Origin: an uncultured Gemmatimonadales bacterium
Lineage (GTDB): Bacteria > Gemmatimonadota > Gemmatimonadetes > Gemmatimonadales > GWC2-71-9
Assembly: GCA_963825065.1 (NCBI GenBank)
Contig: CAWGRU010000008.1
Coordinates: 65,705 to 129,704, forward strand
DNA: 64,000 nucleotides
Direction of reading: 5' to 3'
Positions 43,677 through 59,271 of the stretch are shown here, piece after piece; the stretch's first letter is position 1, and the number at the start of each line of letters is the position of its first letter. The notes beneath the pieces are model-generated. The model was given only the letters and a program-made list of their open reading frames with translations. It did no database searches and had not been told where the DNA came from. A program made the position numbers and the translations under genes.

Positions 43677-44792
43677 TTATCGGTAGAACGCGTTGACCGC
43701 GCCGACCACGGCGTCCTGCTGCGCCGCGGTCAGTTCAGGGTAGATCGGCAGCGACAACACCGCCTCCGTGGCGGCCTCGGTCGCGGGCAGGCTGCCCCGC
43801 CGGTACCCCAGGTCGGCGAAACAGGGCTGCAGGTGCAGCGCGAGCGGATAGTAGACCGCGCACCCGATGCCCTGCGCCTTCAGGTGGGCCACGAGGGCAT
43901 CGCGGCGCTCCACCCGGATGGTGTACTGGTGAAAGATGTGTTCGTTCGCCGGATCGATTTTCGGCGGACAGACCGCCGCTTGCCCCGCGAACGCCGCGGT
44001 GTAGCGGGCCGCCTTCTCCCGCCGCGCGGCGCTCCAGCCGGCGAGATGCGGCAGTTTGGCGAGCAGCACTGCGGCCTGCACCGTATCGAGCCGGCTGTTG
44101 TAGCCGACCTCATCGTGATGGTACTGCTTCGCGCCCCCGTGGGTCCGCAGCCGCCGCAGCCGGTCGGCCAGGGCGTCGTCCTGGGTGACCATCATGCCGC
44201 CGTCACCCCAGCCGCCGAGGTTCTTGCTGGGAAAGAACGAAAAGGCCCCCACCTGGCCGAGTTCGCCCGCCATGCGCCAGGCGCCGTCGATCTGGCGGCG
44301 GGCCCCGATCGCCTGGGCCGCATCCTCGATGACCGCCAGCCCGTGCCGGGCGGCGATCGCGAGGATCGCCTCCATTGCCGCCATCTGCCCGAACAGGTGC
44401 ACCACGACGATGCCGCGGGTGCGCGGCGTGACCGCCGCCTCGACCGCCGCCGGGGAGAGGTTGAAGGTCGCCGGGTCGATGTCCACGAACACGGGCCTGC
44501 CACCGGCGTTGTGGATGGTTCCCGCGGTGGCGAAGAAGGTGAAGGCGGGTGTGATGATCTCGTCGCCCGGCTTGAGGTCGAGCGCCTTGAGCGGGAGCAG
44601 CAGCGCATCGGTCCCGCTGGCGCAGCCGATGCCATGCCTCGCGCGGGAGAGCGCGGCCACCGCCCGCTCCAGCGCGCCGACCTCCTCACCGAGGATGAAC
44701 TGCTGGCGCTCCACCACCCGCATCAGGGCGGGCAGCACTTCATCACGGATCGCCTGGTACTGGGCGACCAGATCGAGCAGCGGAACGTTCAA
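43677..44792 (-). CDS. DegT/DnrJ/EryC1/StrS-family PLP-dependent sugar aminotransferase
   Basis: 'VPLLDLVAQYQAIRDEV' N-terminus and the PLP-lysine region 'GAFSFFPSKNLG'. I chose TTG 44792 (ACGAGG 6 nt upstream); the ORF is open to TTG 44849. Confidence 0.85.
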   Translation of the reverse strand: MNVPLLDLVAQYQAIRDEVLPALMRVVERQQFILGEEVGALERAVAALSRARHGIGCASGTDALLLPLKALDLKPGDEIITPAFTFFATAGTIHNAGGRPVFVDIDPATFNLSPAAVEAAVTPRTRGIVVVHLFGQMAAMEAILAIAARHGLAVIEDAAQAIGARRQIDGAWRMAGELGQVGAFSFFPSKNLGGWGDGGMMVTQDDALADRLRRLRTHGGAKQYHHDEVGYNSRLDTVQAAVLLAKLPHLAGWSAARREKAARYTAAFAGQAAVCPPKIDPANEHIFHQYTIRVERRDALVAHLKAQGIGCAVYYPLALHLQPCFADLGYRRGSLPATEAATEAVLSLPIYPELTAAQQDAVVGAVNAFYR

Positions 44793-44876
44793 GTCGAGCC
44801 TCGTGTGGGACGCCAGAGGACGGCCGCGCAACGGCCGCCCTCCGGGCAATTTCAGGGCCAGAAAATCGGCCGAAAC

Positions 44877-45467
44877 CTAGCCCCCGGCGCGGGGGGGGTC
44901 AATCAACCGAAGTGCGCCCTGCTCCTCACGATAGGTCGCCCCGCAGAAGCCGCAGGCCGCGGCCTTGTCGCGCAACTGCAACCGTTCGCCGCACTGGCAC
45001 ATCCACCCCACCCGGCGCGCCGGTACCCCGACCATCAGGGCGAACGCGGCCACGTCGCTGGTGACCACCGCCCCCGCCCCGATGAAGGCGAATTCGCCCA
45101 GCGTCACCCCGCACACGATCGTGGCGTTGGCCCCGATGGAGGTCCCCCGCTTCACCAGGGTGGGGCGATACTCATGCTTGCGGGAGACGTGGCTGCGCGG
45201 ATTGGAGACGTTCGTGAAGACGCAGCTCGGCCCGCAGAACACGTCGTCCTCGAGGGTGACGCCCTCGTAGATCGACACGTTGTTCTGGACCTTCACGTTG
45301 TTCCCGAGCCGGGTGCCCGACATCACGACGACGTTCTGCCCCAGGCTGCAGCGCTCCCCGATCACGGCCCCGGGCATCACGTGGCAGAAGTGCCAGATCC
45401 GGCTGCCGGCTCCGATGATCGCCCCGTCGTCGATGTAGGCCGATTGGTGCGCGAAATAGTCAGTCAT
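44877..45467 (-). CDS. Left-handed beta-helix sugar N-acetyltransferase (WlbB/WbpD-like)
   Basis: 196 aa with hexapeptide repeats ('[13 protein letters not shown]', '[13 protein letters not shown]', '[14 protein letters not shown]') and the tail '[16 protein letters not shown]', which is typical of this group. Confidence 0.8.
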   Translation of the reverse strand: MTDYFAHQSAYIDDGAIIGAGSRIWHFCHVMPGAVIGERCSLGQNVVVMSGTRLGNNVKVQNNVSIYEGVTLEDDVFCGPSCVFTNVSNPRSHVSRKHEYRPTLVKRGTSIGANATIVCGVTLGEFAFIGAGAVVTSDVAAFALMVGVPARRVGWMCQCGERLQLRDKAAACGFCGATYREEQGALRLIDPPRAGG

Positions 45468-46421
45468 GACTCGCCTCGAAGGTTCCGTCCGCCCGGACGA
45501 TCTTGACCTCGGTCTCCAGCGACGCGCCGAACCGCGCCTTCACCTCGGCGCGAGCCCTGGCGATCAGCCCTCGAACATCCGCCGCGGTGGCACCGCCGGT
45601 GTTCACGAAGTAGTTCGCATGCATCGGCGAGATCTCGGCCCCGCCGATCCGGGTACCCTTGAGCCCCGCGGCCTCGATGAGCTGACCGGCCGTCCTCGGT
45701 CCCGCCGACTGCTGCCAGCTCGGTCCCCCGGGATTCTTGAACACGCTGCCGCAGCAGGGCTGGTTGAAGGGAGTGCCCTCCTGCCGCCAGCGGAAGAGCT
45801 CCGCCACTTCGGCCTGGATCGCGGCGGGGTCGGTCTCGGCAAGCTCGACGGTGGTCTCGAGCACCACCCGCCCTTGAAGGCCGGCGTGGCGGTAGGTGAA
45901 GGGGATCGCGCTCCGCGCCAGCACCGCGTCGCGTCCCTCGGCGTCGACCACCGTCACTGTCTGGACCACGCCCGCCCAGTCGCCGCCATGACAGCCCGCG
46001 TTCATGTACACTCCCCCACCTACCGTCCCCGGTACCCCCACGAATCGATGCAGGCCGGCAAAGCCGGCCTCGGAGGTCTTCCGCGCGGCGAGGGGCTGCG
46101 GCAGTCCGGCCCCGGCACGCCAGCGACCCGCGTCGAGACGCTCCAGCGCGTCGAGCCCCTTGCCGATGCGGATGACCAGTGCGTCGAGACCCGCATCGGG
46201 CAGGAGCAGATTGGAGCCGAGCCCCAGGGCGAACCACGGCACACCCCACTGACGGGCCATCCGGAGTGCGATCCCGACATCCTCCGCGCTGCGTGGCAAC
46301 AGTACTGTGGCGGGGCCGCCGATCCGGTAGGTCGAATACCGGGACAGCGTCTCCCCCTCCCGCACCTCCCCGCGGACCGCGCCCCGCAACTGCGCGATGA
46401 AGCCGGGGTCGCACGCCGTGG

Positions 46422-46425
<4 letters not shown>
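45460..46425 (-). CDS. murB: UDP-N-acetylenolpyruvoylglucosamine reductase
   Basis: 321 aa from ATG 46425 (ATGA overlap with the carB stop). FAD-binding domain '[13 protein letters not shown]', 'LGLGSNLL', and the C-terminal 'GSVFKNP' motif. Confidence 0.9.
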
Positions 46426-51627
<5,202 letters not shown>

Positions 51628-51679
51628 TTTGGGCTCTTTGGGCAGTCTTCATCGACCGATCTCCGGAAGGAAGACCCGT

Positions 51680-51871
51680 ATGGCCCGGGTATGTACGGTG
51701 TGCAAGAAGGGGCCGATGACTGGCAACAACGTCAGCCACGCCAACAACCGCAAGAAGCGCCGCTGGTATCCCAATCTCCAGACCGTGCGCGTGCTGGTGG
51801 ACGGAGCCCCCCGTCGGCAGGCAGTCTGCACCCAGTGCATCAAGTCTAACCGGGTCAGGAAGGCAACCTGA
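51680..51871 (+). CDS. rpmB: 50S ribosomal protein L28
   Basis: 63 aa. '[34 protein letters not shown]' is canonical L28. Start at ATG 51680, after GGAAGGAAG. Confidence 0.9.
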   Translation: MARVCTVCKKGPMTGNNVSHANNRKKRRWYPNLQTVRVLVDGAPRRQAVCTQCIKSNRVRKAT

Positions 51872-51927
51872 GTCACTGATCGGTGCGCGGCGCTTCATCG
51901 CGGCGCCACCCGCTGGTGACCAGCCAG

Positions 51928-51954
51928 AAAAAAGGGGACCAACCGGTCCCCTTT
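51928..51954. terminator. Bidirectional intrinsic terminator between convergent rpmB and rplQ
   Basis: aaaaaa-GGGGACC-aacc-GGTCCCC-ttt. A 7-bp stem flanked by an A-run and a T-run. Confidence 0.65.
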
Positions 51955-51987
51955 CGTCGTTTCCAGCACAGCGCATCGTCGCCCTCG

Positions 51988-52344
51988 TCACTCGGGCAAC
52001 AGCTCGATCCGCGCCATCTCGGCGCCGTCGCCGGGACGGTGTCCCAGCTTGAGGATCCGGGTGTATCCGCCCGGCCGGCCGGCAAAGCGGGGACCGATCT
52101 CGGCGAAGAGCCGGCTGAGCGCCTCGCGCTCGCGGATCTTCTGGGCCACCAGCCGGCGGGCGTGAAGGTCGCCGCGGCGCGCGAGGGTGATGAGCTTCTC
52201 CGCGTACGGCCGGAGTTCCTTCGCCTTGGCCACCGTGGTCTCGATGCCGCCATGCAGCATGAGGCTCGTCGCCATGTTGCGCAGGAGCGCGCGCCGGTGC
52301 TCCGACGTCCGCGAAAGCTGGCGTCCCTTGGCCTGATGTCGCAT
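51988..52344 (-). CDS. rplQ: 50S ribosomal protein L17
   Basis: 118 aa, '[28 protein letters not shown]'. ATGA overlap with the rpoA stop. Confidence 0.95.
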   Translation of the reverse strand: MRHQAKGRQLSRTSEHRRALLRNMATSLMLHGGIETTVAKAKELRPYAEKLITLARRGDLHARRLVAQKIREREALSRLFAEIGPRFAGRPGGYTRILKLGHRPGDGAEMARIELLPE

Positions 52345-53399
52345 CAGCCCTCCTCACCGGCGTCCACGACCACGCGGGCGCTCGGGGGCGTACCGGCCTG
52401 GACCACTCGGAGATCGTCATCGGTCTCCTCGAAGAACATGCCGAAGTTCAGTTCCTGTGCCCGCAGCAGGTCGGCGATTTCCTTCAGTGCCTTCTCGCCG
52501 ACATTCTTGACCTTGAGCAGATCGTCCTCGGTGTACTGGACCAGATCGCGCAGGGTCCGGATGTTCGAGTTCTTGAGCGAGTTCAGCGACCGCACCGAGA
52601 GACCGAAATCATCGATGAGCCGGGCCAGCTTGTCGCGCAGGGCGCCGCTGCCATGCCCGCCCGCGGGAGCCTCCGGGCGGCCGACCGGCACCTTGCCGAA
52701 CTCGACGAAATAGCGGAAGTGCTCCTGGGCGAGGGCGGCCGCATAGGCGATCGCATCCTCGGGCGTGATGGTGCCGTTGGTCTCGACACTCACCGTCAGG
52801 CGGTCGTAGTCCGTCCGCTGGCCCACGCGGGTCTCGGCGACGGCAAAGTTGGCGCGCCGGACCGGATTGTAGATCGCATCGATGCTGATCAGGTCGACGG
52901 GCAGCGAGCGGTCGCGCGGGTGCAGCTCGGACTCGACGTAACCACGGCCCTTGTTGACGTACAGCTCGCCGTTGACCTCACGGTCGTCCTGAACCGTGAA
53001 CAGGAGGTGGTCGGGGTTCACGACCCGCACCGAGCCGCTCGGCACGATGTCACGGGCGTAGACCGGCCCCGCGCCATCCTTCTTGATCTTGAGGATCGCC
53101 TCGTCGACATCCTCCGCGAGCACGATCGTCAGGCCCTTGAGGCGCTGAATGATCTGGTGCACGTCCTCGTGCACCCCGGGGATCGTCTGGTGCTCGTGCA
53201 CCACGCCGTCGAGCCGGAATCCCCACACCGCGCTGCCGCGGAGCGAGGAGAGCAGCAGGCGCCGCAGGGAGTTCCCCAGCGTATAACCGAACCCGCGCTC
53301 CAGCGGCTGCAGCCGGAACTCGGCGATGTTCGGGTTGTCATCCCGCTTGGTCATCTCGACCAGGTGCGGGCGGACCAGTCCGGTCAGGTCAATGGTCAT
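52344..53399 (-). CDS. rpoA: DNA-directed RNA polymerase subunit alpha
   Basis: 351 aa from ATG 53399. '[25 protein letters not shown]' and a C-terminal domain '[21 protein letters not shown]'. Confidence 0.95.
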   Translation of the reverse strand: MTIDLTGLVRPHLVEMTKRDDNPNIAEFRLQPLERGFGYTLGNSLRRLLLSSLRGSAVWGFRLDGVVHEHQTIPGVHEDVHQIIQRLKGLTIVLAEDVDEAILKIKKDGAGPVYARDIVPSGSVRVVNPDHLLFTVQDDREVNGELYVNKGRGYVESELHPRDRSLPVDLISIDAIYNPVRRANFAVAETRVGQRTDYDRLTVSVETNGTITPEDAIAYAAALAQEHFRYFVEFGKVPVGRPEAPAGGHGSGALRDKLARLIDDFGLSVRSLNSLKNSNIRTLRDLVQYTEDDLLKVKNVGEKALKEIADLLRAQELNFGMFFEETDDDLRVVQAGTPPSARVVVDAGEEG

Positions 53400-53401
53400 G
53401 G

Positions 53402-54037
53402 TCACTTCGAGTAGAGCTCGACGATGAGCTGTTCCTGGGCGTTGAGCGGGATCGCGTCGCGGGTCGGCCGCTCGGTCACCTTGCCGGCCCCCTTGTCGCC
53501 ATCGACCTGGATCCACGAGACCTGCTGCCCGCGTGCGGCAAACTCCAGGGCCGCCTTGACCGCGGTGATCTCGCGGCTGGCCGTGGCGAGCCGGATCTCC
53601 TGGCCGGGCTTCACGTGGAAGGAGGGGACATCCACCTTGTGCCCGTTCACCTGCACGTGGCCGTGACGGACCAGCTGACGGGCCGCCTTGCGACTGGCCG
53701 CGAATCCCATCCGGAAGACGATGTTGTCCAGCCGCGTCTCGAGCGCCACCAGCAGGTTGGTGCCCTTGACGCCGGACTCACGGGAGATGCGGTCGAAGGT
53801 ATTCCGGAACTGGCGCTCGGTCAGCCCGTAGATCCGCTTGACCTTCTGCTTTTCGCGGAGCTGCTTGGCGTACTCCGAGGCCTTCCGGGGACGCCCACCG
53901 CCCGACTGGCCGTGCTGGCCCGGGGCGTAGGCGCGACGCTCGACCGCGCACTTCTCGGTGAGGCAGCGGGTGCCCTTCAGGAACAGCTTGGTGCCTTCAC
54001 GGCGGCACTGGCGGCAGCTGGGACCGGTATAGCGCAT
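53402..54037 (-). CDS. rpsD: 30S ribosomal protein S4
   Basis: 211 aa, 'MRYTGPSCRQCRREGTKLFLKG', with an S4 RNA-binding domain. Confidence 0.95.
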   Translation of the reverse strand: MRYTGPSCRQCRREGTKLFLKGTRCLTEKCAVERRAYAPGQHGQSGGGRPRKASEYAKQLREKQKVKRIYGLTERQFRNTFDRISRESGVKGTNLLVALETRLDNIVFRMGFAASRKAARQLVRHGHVQVNGHKVDVPSFHVKPGQEIRLATASREITAVKAALEFAARGQQVSWIQVDGDKGAGKVTERPTRDAIPLNAQEQLIVELYSK

Positions 54038-54040
54038 GGC

Positions 54041-54481
54041 TCAGACCCGCCGCTTCTTGGGAGGACGGCAGCCGTTGTGCGGAATCGGCGTGACGTCACG
54101 GATGGACGCGACCTTGAGACCGACCGACGCCAGCGCCTGGATGGCCGACTCGCGGCCGCTGCCGGGGCCCTGAACCCGCACATGCACCCGGCGGACACCG
54201 AGGTTCATCGCCTCGCGGCCGCAGTTCTCGGCCGCCACGGTGGCGGCGAAGGGGGTCGACTTCTTGGAGCCCTTGAACCCTGCCTTGCCAGCGGAGCCCC
54301 ACACGAGGGTGTTCCCCTTCATGTCGGTGATCGTGATCAGCAGATTGTTGAAGGTGGCGGAGATGTGGGCCACGCCCTCACTCTCGACCAGCTTCTTGCC
54401 CTTCTTGGCGGCCTTGACCGGGGCCGGCGTCGCCGTAGCGACGGGAGCGGCGGCGGCGGCGGGCGTGACTGGAGTCGTCAT
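54041..54481 (-). CDS. rpsK: 30S ribosomal protein S11
   Basis: 146 aa with an Ala/Pro-rich N-extension, then '[22 protein letters not shown]' and '[13 protein letters not shown]'. Confidence 0.95.
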   Translation of the reverse strand: MTTPVTPAAAAAPVATATPAPVKAAKKGKKLVESEGVAHISATFNNLLITITDMKGNTLVWGSAGKAGFKGSKKSTPFAATVAAENCGREAMNLGVRRVHVRVQGPGSGRESAIQALASVGLKVASIRDVTPIPHNGCRPPKKRRV

Positions 54482-54862
54482 TTACTTCTTCGTCACCTTC
54501 TTCTTGCCCGCGATGGCCCGACGTGGGCCCTTCTTGGTGCGGGCGTTGGTATGCGTGCGCTGCCCGCGGACCGGGAGGCCACGGCGATGCCGAATGCCGC
54601 GATAGCTTCCGATGTCCATGAGCCGCTTGATGTTCATCGCGACTTCGGTGCGGAGGGCACCTTCCACCTTGAGCGCGCGCTCGATGAACTGACGGAGCCG
54701 CGCGACTTCCGCGTCCGACAGGTCTCGCACCCGCGTGTCGGGGCTGACCCCGGTCTCAGAGAGAATCTTGTTGGAGGTCGGCCGGCCGATGCCGTAGATG
54801 TAGGTCAGGCCGACTTCGACCCGCTTTTCGCGCGGAAGGTCCACGCCTGCGATACGTGCCAT
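54482..54862 (-). CDS. rpsM: 30S ribosomal protein S13
   Basis: 126 aa, '[26 protein letters not shown]'. Confidence 0.95.
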   Translation of the reverse strand: MARIAGVDLPREKRVEVGLTYIYGIGRPTSNKILSETGVSPDTRVRDLSDAEVARLRQFIERALKVEGALRTEVAMNIKRLMDIGSYRGIRHRRGLPVRGQRTHTNARTKKGPRRAIAGKKKVTKK

Positions 54863-54865
54863 CGC

Positions 54866-54982
54866 TTAACCCTGCCGCTGCTTGTGCTTGGGATTGCGCT
54901 TGCAGATGATCCGAAGCGTCCCCTGACGCCGGACCACCTTGCAGTGCTCGCAAATTGGCTTGATGCTGGAGCGAACCTTCAC
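54866..54982 (-). CDS. rpmJ: 50S ribosomal protein L36
   Basis: Not in the ORF track because it is under 60 aa. My translation from GTG 54982 is [38 protein letters not shown], followed by a TAA stop at 54866-54868. It has the CxxC...C...H zinc-ribbon pattern of L36. GGGAG lies 6 nt upstream. Confidence 0.9.
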   Translation of the reverse strand: MKVRSSIKPICEHCKVVRRQGTLRIICKRNPKHKQRQG

Positions 54983-55020
54983 GGACAACTCCCAGGAACC
55001 GGGTTGCTGTAGAGCACGCA

Positions 55021-55049
55021 AGTATATCCGCGGGGTTTGGGTAATGCAA
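55021..55049 (-). promoter_or_regulatory. Sigma70-like promoter for the rpmJ-rpsM-rpsK-rpsD-rpoA-rplQ operon
   Basis: On the minus strand: TTGCAT (55049-55044), a 17-nt spacer, and TATACT (55026-55021). The -10 lies about 38 nt upstream of the rpmJ GTG. Confidence 0.4.
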
Positions 55050-55063
55050 GGGAGCGCCGCGGC

Positions 55064-55741
55064 TTAGCGAGCGTCCCCGGTCATCTCCCGCAGCGCGGCC
55101 GCCGGATCGGCGGCCGCGAGGATTGGCCGGCCAACGACCAGATGGGTGGCCCCTGCCCGGGCGGCCAGTTGGGGGGAGGCGGTCCGGACCTGGTCCCCGA
55201 CCTGGTCGGCAGCCCGCCGGATGCCCGGCACCACGATCCACCCCCCAGGCGGCAGGGTTGACCGGACCGCGGCGACCTCCTGGGGGGAGCAGACCACACC
55301 CCGGAGCCCCGCGGCCCGTGCCGACCCGGCGAGCCGGCGAACCTCGTCCGGCACCAGCACCCCCTGCCGGCCGGTGGCGGCTCCGTAGCTCTCCGGGCCG
55401 TGCGAGGTCAGCACGGTCACCCCGACCAAGCCGAGGGAGTCCCCGGCGGCGCGGGCGGCGGCTTCCATCATGGCCACGCCCCCCAGGGTGTGGACGGTGG
55501 CCATCGTGACACCCAGATCGGCCGCGGCCGCGACGGCCCCGGCGACGGTGTTCGGGATGTCGTGCCACTTGAGATCCAGGAAGACCTGCAGCCGCCGCCC
55601 GAGCAGCTCGCGAATAAAGGCCGGCCCCTCGCGGGTGAAGAGGATGGAGCCGACTTTCACCCAGCGGGCGTCCGGGAGCCGGTCGAGCAGCCGCCGGGCT
55701 TCGTCGGCGGGCAGATCGAGGGCGACGATGAGCTCAGCCAT
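55064..55741 (-). CDS. pyrF: Orotidine 5'-phosphate decarboxylase
   Basis: 225 aa from ATG 55741. 'LIVALDLP' and the 'FLDLKWHDIPNTV' active-site motif. Confidence 0.85.
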   Translation of the reverse strand: MAELIVALDLPADEARRLLDRLPDARWVKVGSILFTREGPAFIRELLGRRLQVFLDLKWHDIPNTVAGAVAAAADLGVTMATVHTLGGVAMMEAAARAAGDSLGLVGVTVLTSHGPESYGAATGRQGVLVPDEVRRLAGSARAAGLRGVVCSPQEVAAVRSTLPPGGWIVVPGIRRAADQVGDQVRTASPQLAARAGATHLVVGRPILAAADPAAALREMTGDAR

Positions 55742-56606
55742 GGTTCTGTTCCAGGTCGTGAACGATGCGCTCGGGGATCCTCGGATCGCACATCGCGGCG
55801 GTGCCGACCGCCACCAGGGCCGCTCCGGCGCGGAGATACTGACGGGCATCGGCTGCCGTGCGGATACCGCCGACGCCGATGACTGCCATGCCCCCGCTCC
55901 GTTCCATGATCTTCCGTACCGCGAGGACTCCCACGGGCAGCAGGGCTGGACCGCTCACTCCGCCGTTGCCGTTGCCGAGCCGGGGCAGATCATCGTCCCG
56001 ATAGAGGTACCCGGGCATGGTGTTCACGACCGTGACACCGTCGGCACCCGCACCGCGGGCGGTCATCGCCATGGCGGCGATGTCAGGCAGCGCGGGCGAG
56101 AGCTTGGCGAACAGCGGCTTATGGGTCCGCGCCCTGCAGAGCTCGAGCACCCGGCTGGCGCTCGCAGGGTCGGCGCCGAACTCGAGACCGCCGGCATGGG
56201 TGTTCGGACACGAGAGATTGATTTCGAAGCCGGCGATCCCCGAGAACTCATCGAGGCCGGCGACGACCTCCGCAAAATCCCCGGCCTCGAACCCAACCAC
56301 GTTCACCAGAACCCGGGGCGCCCGCAGATTGGCCATCAGCCAGGGCAGCTGTTCCTCCCGCACCCGGGCCAGGCCCGGATTCGCCAACCCGACCGAATTC
56401 AGCATGCCGCCGGAGAACTCGGCCACCCGCGGCGCCCGGTTGCCGGCACGCGGCGTGGTCGAGACCGCCTTGGTGACGATCCCGCCGAGGCGCTCGAGGT
56501 CGATCGTGCCGGCGACCTCGCGGCCGAAGCCGGCGGTACCCGCGGCGAGCAGCACCGGGTTCTGAAATCGCTGGCCGACGACCGTACGAGAGAGGTCGGC
56601 GGTCAC
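55734..56606 (-). CDS. pyrD: Dihydroorotate dehydrogenase, class 1 (catalytic subunit)
   Basis: 290 aa from GTG 56606 (GTGA overlap with the upstream stop). 'FQNPVLLAAGTAGFG', the catalytic Cys motif 'EINLSCPNT', and 'GVGGI'. Confidence 0.85.
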   Translation of the reverse strand: MTADLSRTVVGQRFQNPVLLAAGTAGFGREVAGTIDLERLGGIVTKAVSTTPRAGNRAPRVAEFSGGMLNSVGLANPGLARVREEQLPWLMANLRAPRVLVNVVGFEAGDFAEVVAGLDEFSGIAGFEINLSCPNTHAGGLEFGADPASASRVLELCRARTHKPLFAKLSPALPDIAAMAMTARGAGADGVTVVNTMPGYLYRDDDLPRLGNGNGGVSGPALLPVGVLAVRKIMERSGGMAVIGVGGIRTAADARQYLRAGAALVAVGTAAMCDPRIPERIVHDLEQNHG

Positions 56607-58012
56607 GGCTTGTCGCCGGCGTCGCCCGGCGAAGCGGGCCGGGCCGGCTGCCGCGGAGTTCGAGTGGGAGGGGGAACGGGGCGGCGAACTTCGGGACGGA
56701 AGGTGTCGGCAAAGTGGCGCAGCGAGTCCTCCAGCGCCTCGTAGGTCGGCCCCTCTTCGCCCCGCGTCAGGAGGAGGTAGGGGCTCGAGCCGTAGTGCTC
56801 GGCGGCCGCCTGGCGCAGGCTGTCTCCCGACGCTGGCTCCAGCAGGATCAGCGACAGCATCGCCTTCGGGGCGTAGGGGGAGTCCGGCCACTCGGAGAGG
56901 ATCCGCCGGAACTGGCGCGCGGCGAATCGGGGTGCTGCGAGCGAATCGCGGGCGAGTTCACCGGCGAGGAAGAGGCGCAGATCCCCGCGCGGCATCGCCG
57001 GAGGGGTGGAATCGGTCACCAGCAGGACCCGCCGGATCTGGAGGGCAAGCTGGAAGGCTCGCGGACCCAGGCTGCCGCTCGCGTCCGTGGTCGCCTCGAG
57101 GCGGCTGGCCTCCTCAGCGAGATCGGCAGCCGAATCCGCACGCGCCAGCCGGGCATGGCTGGCCTGCAGGATCGCCGCGGCCCGGGTGAGGGTCCCTTCC
57201 CCCACCACCGCCGCCTCGGCCAGGCGGCGATCGGCGGCCGAGGGATCCGTGGCAACGAGGCGCGTTCCGTCCTGCAGCAGGACACCGGCGCGCAGCGCCG
57301 CGGGCAGGGTCGCCGCCGCGGCCAGTCGGTCCGCGAGTGCGCTCGCGGCGGCCGGATCGGTCCGGGCGAAGCCGGCAAAGATCGAGTCCCACGGGGCCAA
57401 CGAGTCGACCCGGGCCAGGAGCGAATCGGTGACGGCGGTCGCTTCCGCGACCCGGCCGAGTGCTGCGAGCGCCGCCGCCCGCTCGCCCTGGGCACGCGGA
57501 TCGGCCGACTCCATGGACTCCGCGAGGGCGCCCTGATAGTTCCCTGCCTCGCGGAGTGCCCGGGAATGGGCCCAGAGCGCGATGCTGCGCCGGGAGGGAT
57601 CGCTGCTCGAAGTCAGCCGGGCGTAGGCGCTGGTGGCGCCGTCGGCATCTCCGAGGGAGAGGCGGCAGCCCCCGAGGAGCATCGCGGCCTGTTCGGACAG
57701 GTCCCTGTCCCGGGAGGAGACCATCACGGTTTCGAGCGGTTGCAGGGCCTGGTCGCAGTTATTGAGCCGGGCGAGCGCGGTACCCTGCAGCAGCCGCGCC
57801 CGGTCGGCGTAGCGGCTGTTCGGATGCCTGACAAGCACCGATTCGGCCCGGGTCGCCACCTGGCCCCAAAGGCCGTTGGCCTCGAAGGTGCGGCCGTCGC
57901 GCTCGGCGCGCCGGGCCTGATTCGCGGCCCGGTCGGTGTTGTACATGCCGTTGTAATACCCGCCGCAGCCCAGGGCGAGGACGAGCACGGCACCGGCCAG
58001 CAGCCGTTTCAT
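56603..58012 (-). CDS. Lipoprotein with TPR-like helical repeats (function unknown)
   Basis: ATG 58012 forms an ATGA overlap with the amidase stop. Lipobox 'VLALGC'. The body is Ala/Leu/Arg-rich and helical. The upstream part of the 641-aa track ORF is out-of-frame overlap. Confidence 0.55.
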   Translation of the reverse strand: MKRLLAGAVLVLALGCGGYYNGMYNTDRAANQARRAERDGRTFEANGLWGQVATRAESVLVRHPNSRYADRARLLQGTALARLNNCDQALQPLETVMVSSRDRDLSEQAAMLLGGCRLSLGDADGATSAYARLTSSSDPSRRSIALWAHSRALREAGNYQGALAESMESADPRAQGERAAALAALGRVAEATAVTDSLLARVDSLAPWDSIFAGFARTDPAAASALADRLAAAATLPAALRAGVLLQDGTRLVATDPSAADRRLAEAAVVGEGTLTRAAAILQASHARLARADSAADLAEEASRLEATTDASGSLGPRAFQLALQIRRVLLVTDSTPPAMPRGDLRLFLAGELARDSLAAPRFAARQFRRILSEWPDSPYAPKAMLSLILLEPASGDSLRQAAAEHYGSSPYLLLTRGEEGPTYEALEDSLRHFADTFRPEVRRPVPPPTRTPRQPARPASPGDAGDKP

Positions 58013-59271
58013 CGGCCGCTCCCGGCCCCGGGCAACCCGGTCTTCCGCTCGTACTCGAGCAGGTAGGAGACGATTGCATCGGCAATCGCCGTGGCGAGCG
58101 CCTGCTGGGATTTGCGTCCGGTGAGGATCTTCGCGTCCCTCGGATTGGTGCTGTACCCCATCTCGACCAGGATGGCCGGACGCCGTGCGGTGTTCAGGAC
58201 CGCGAGCTGGTTCGACTGCTTCACCCCGCGGTTCTCCCCGGTGTGCACCTGCTCGATGTGTTCCTGGACCAGTTCGGCGGCACGCGCAGATTCGCGCAGA
58301 TATTCGTTCATCTGCAGGTTGCGCAGAATGAAGTCGAGATCGTCGCGGGGCCGGTCCGGCTGGGGGTCCTCGTAGCGCACCGCGTCGTTCTCCATCCGGG
58401 CGATCCGGTCGGCATCCTCGGTATTCTCCTCGCCGACGATGATCGTGTGGAATCCGCTCACCTCGCCGTAGCGCCGCCGCCCTCTCGGATCGAGCGCGTC
58501 GACGTGGAGGCTCACGAACAGGTCGCACTCGTTGGTGCAGTAGGGCGCGCGGTCGACCCGGTTGATCAGGGTGTCCGTCGTCCGGGTCATCACCACCCGT
58601 ACGCCGCGCCGGCGCAGCTCGTCGCGGAGCAGCAGCGACACCGCGAGAGTGACGTCCTTCTCCCGGATTCCCCGCGGGAAGTAAAGCCCGGGGTTGCCGG
58701 GGTCGCGCCCGCCATGTCCCGGATCGACGGTGATCACATGTCCGGGGAGGAGCCCATTCGGCAGCCGCGACGGGGTTTCCTGGACCGGGGCCGGCGCCGG
58801 GGCCACGACGACGGGGACCGGCCCCGATTCGACCAGCCGGGCCTGGACCGCATCGTAGCGGTAGCGCTCCGCGAGCAGCGTCGGGAGCACCTCGGTGACG
58901 AACTGGAGTGGCAGGTAGAGGGAGTCACGCAGCCGGAACGCCCAGCCCGCGAGAGGCTGGAGGCGATCGTTGAAGACGAGGAGCGGGGCGCCTTCGAGGA
59001 ACCGGAACGACTGCCGCGCGACCGTGACCTCCACCCACGGTGCGCCCTCCCGAAGCGCGCCGTTGAGGGCGCGGACCAGCGTCTCTCCGGCGACGGCCGG
59101 CCCGGCAAGGGGATCGAGCAGAATGGGCAGCCGGACAGTGCCGCGGGGTGTCTGCACCGTGAGCTGCGCTGGCGCCAACTCGGGTGCGGGGGACGCTGCG
59201 GCGAGGGTGGCGGGCGCCGCGGCGACCAGCAGCCCGACCATCGTCAGGACACGCCGCCTCCGCGGGCTCAT
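58009..59271 (-). CDS. N-acetylmuramoyl-L-alanine amidase (Amidase_3 family, AmiC-like)
   Basis: 420 aa from ATG 59271 (ATGA overlap with the smpB stop). Twin-arginine-like signal 'SPRRRRVLTMVGLLVAAAPA', an AMIN-like N-domain, and the catalytic 'ITVDPGHGGRDPG' and 'LFVSLHVDA'. Confidence 0.85.
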   Translation of the reverse strand: MSPRRRRVLTMVGLLVAAAPATLAAASPAPELAPAQLTVQTPRGTVRLPILLDPLAGPAVAGETLVRALNGALREGAPWVEVTVARQSFRFLEGAPLLVFNDRLQPLAGWAFRLRDSLYLPLQFVTEVLPTLLAERYRYDAVQARLVESGPVPVVVAPAPAPVQETPSRLPNGLLPGHVITVDPGHGGRDPGNPGLYFPRGIREKDVTLAVSLLLRDELRRRGVRVVMTRTTDTLINRVDRAPYCTNECDLFVSLHVDALDPRGRRRYGEVSGFHTIIVGEENTEDADRIARMENDAVRYEDPQPDRPRDDLDFILRNLQMNEYLRESARAAELVQEHIEQVHTGENRGVKQSNQLAVLNTARRPAILVEMGYSTNPRDAKILTGRKSQQALATAIADAIVSYLLEYERKTGLPGAGSGR

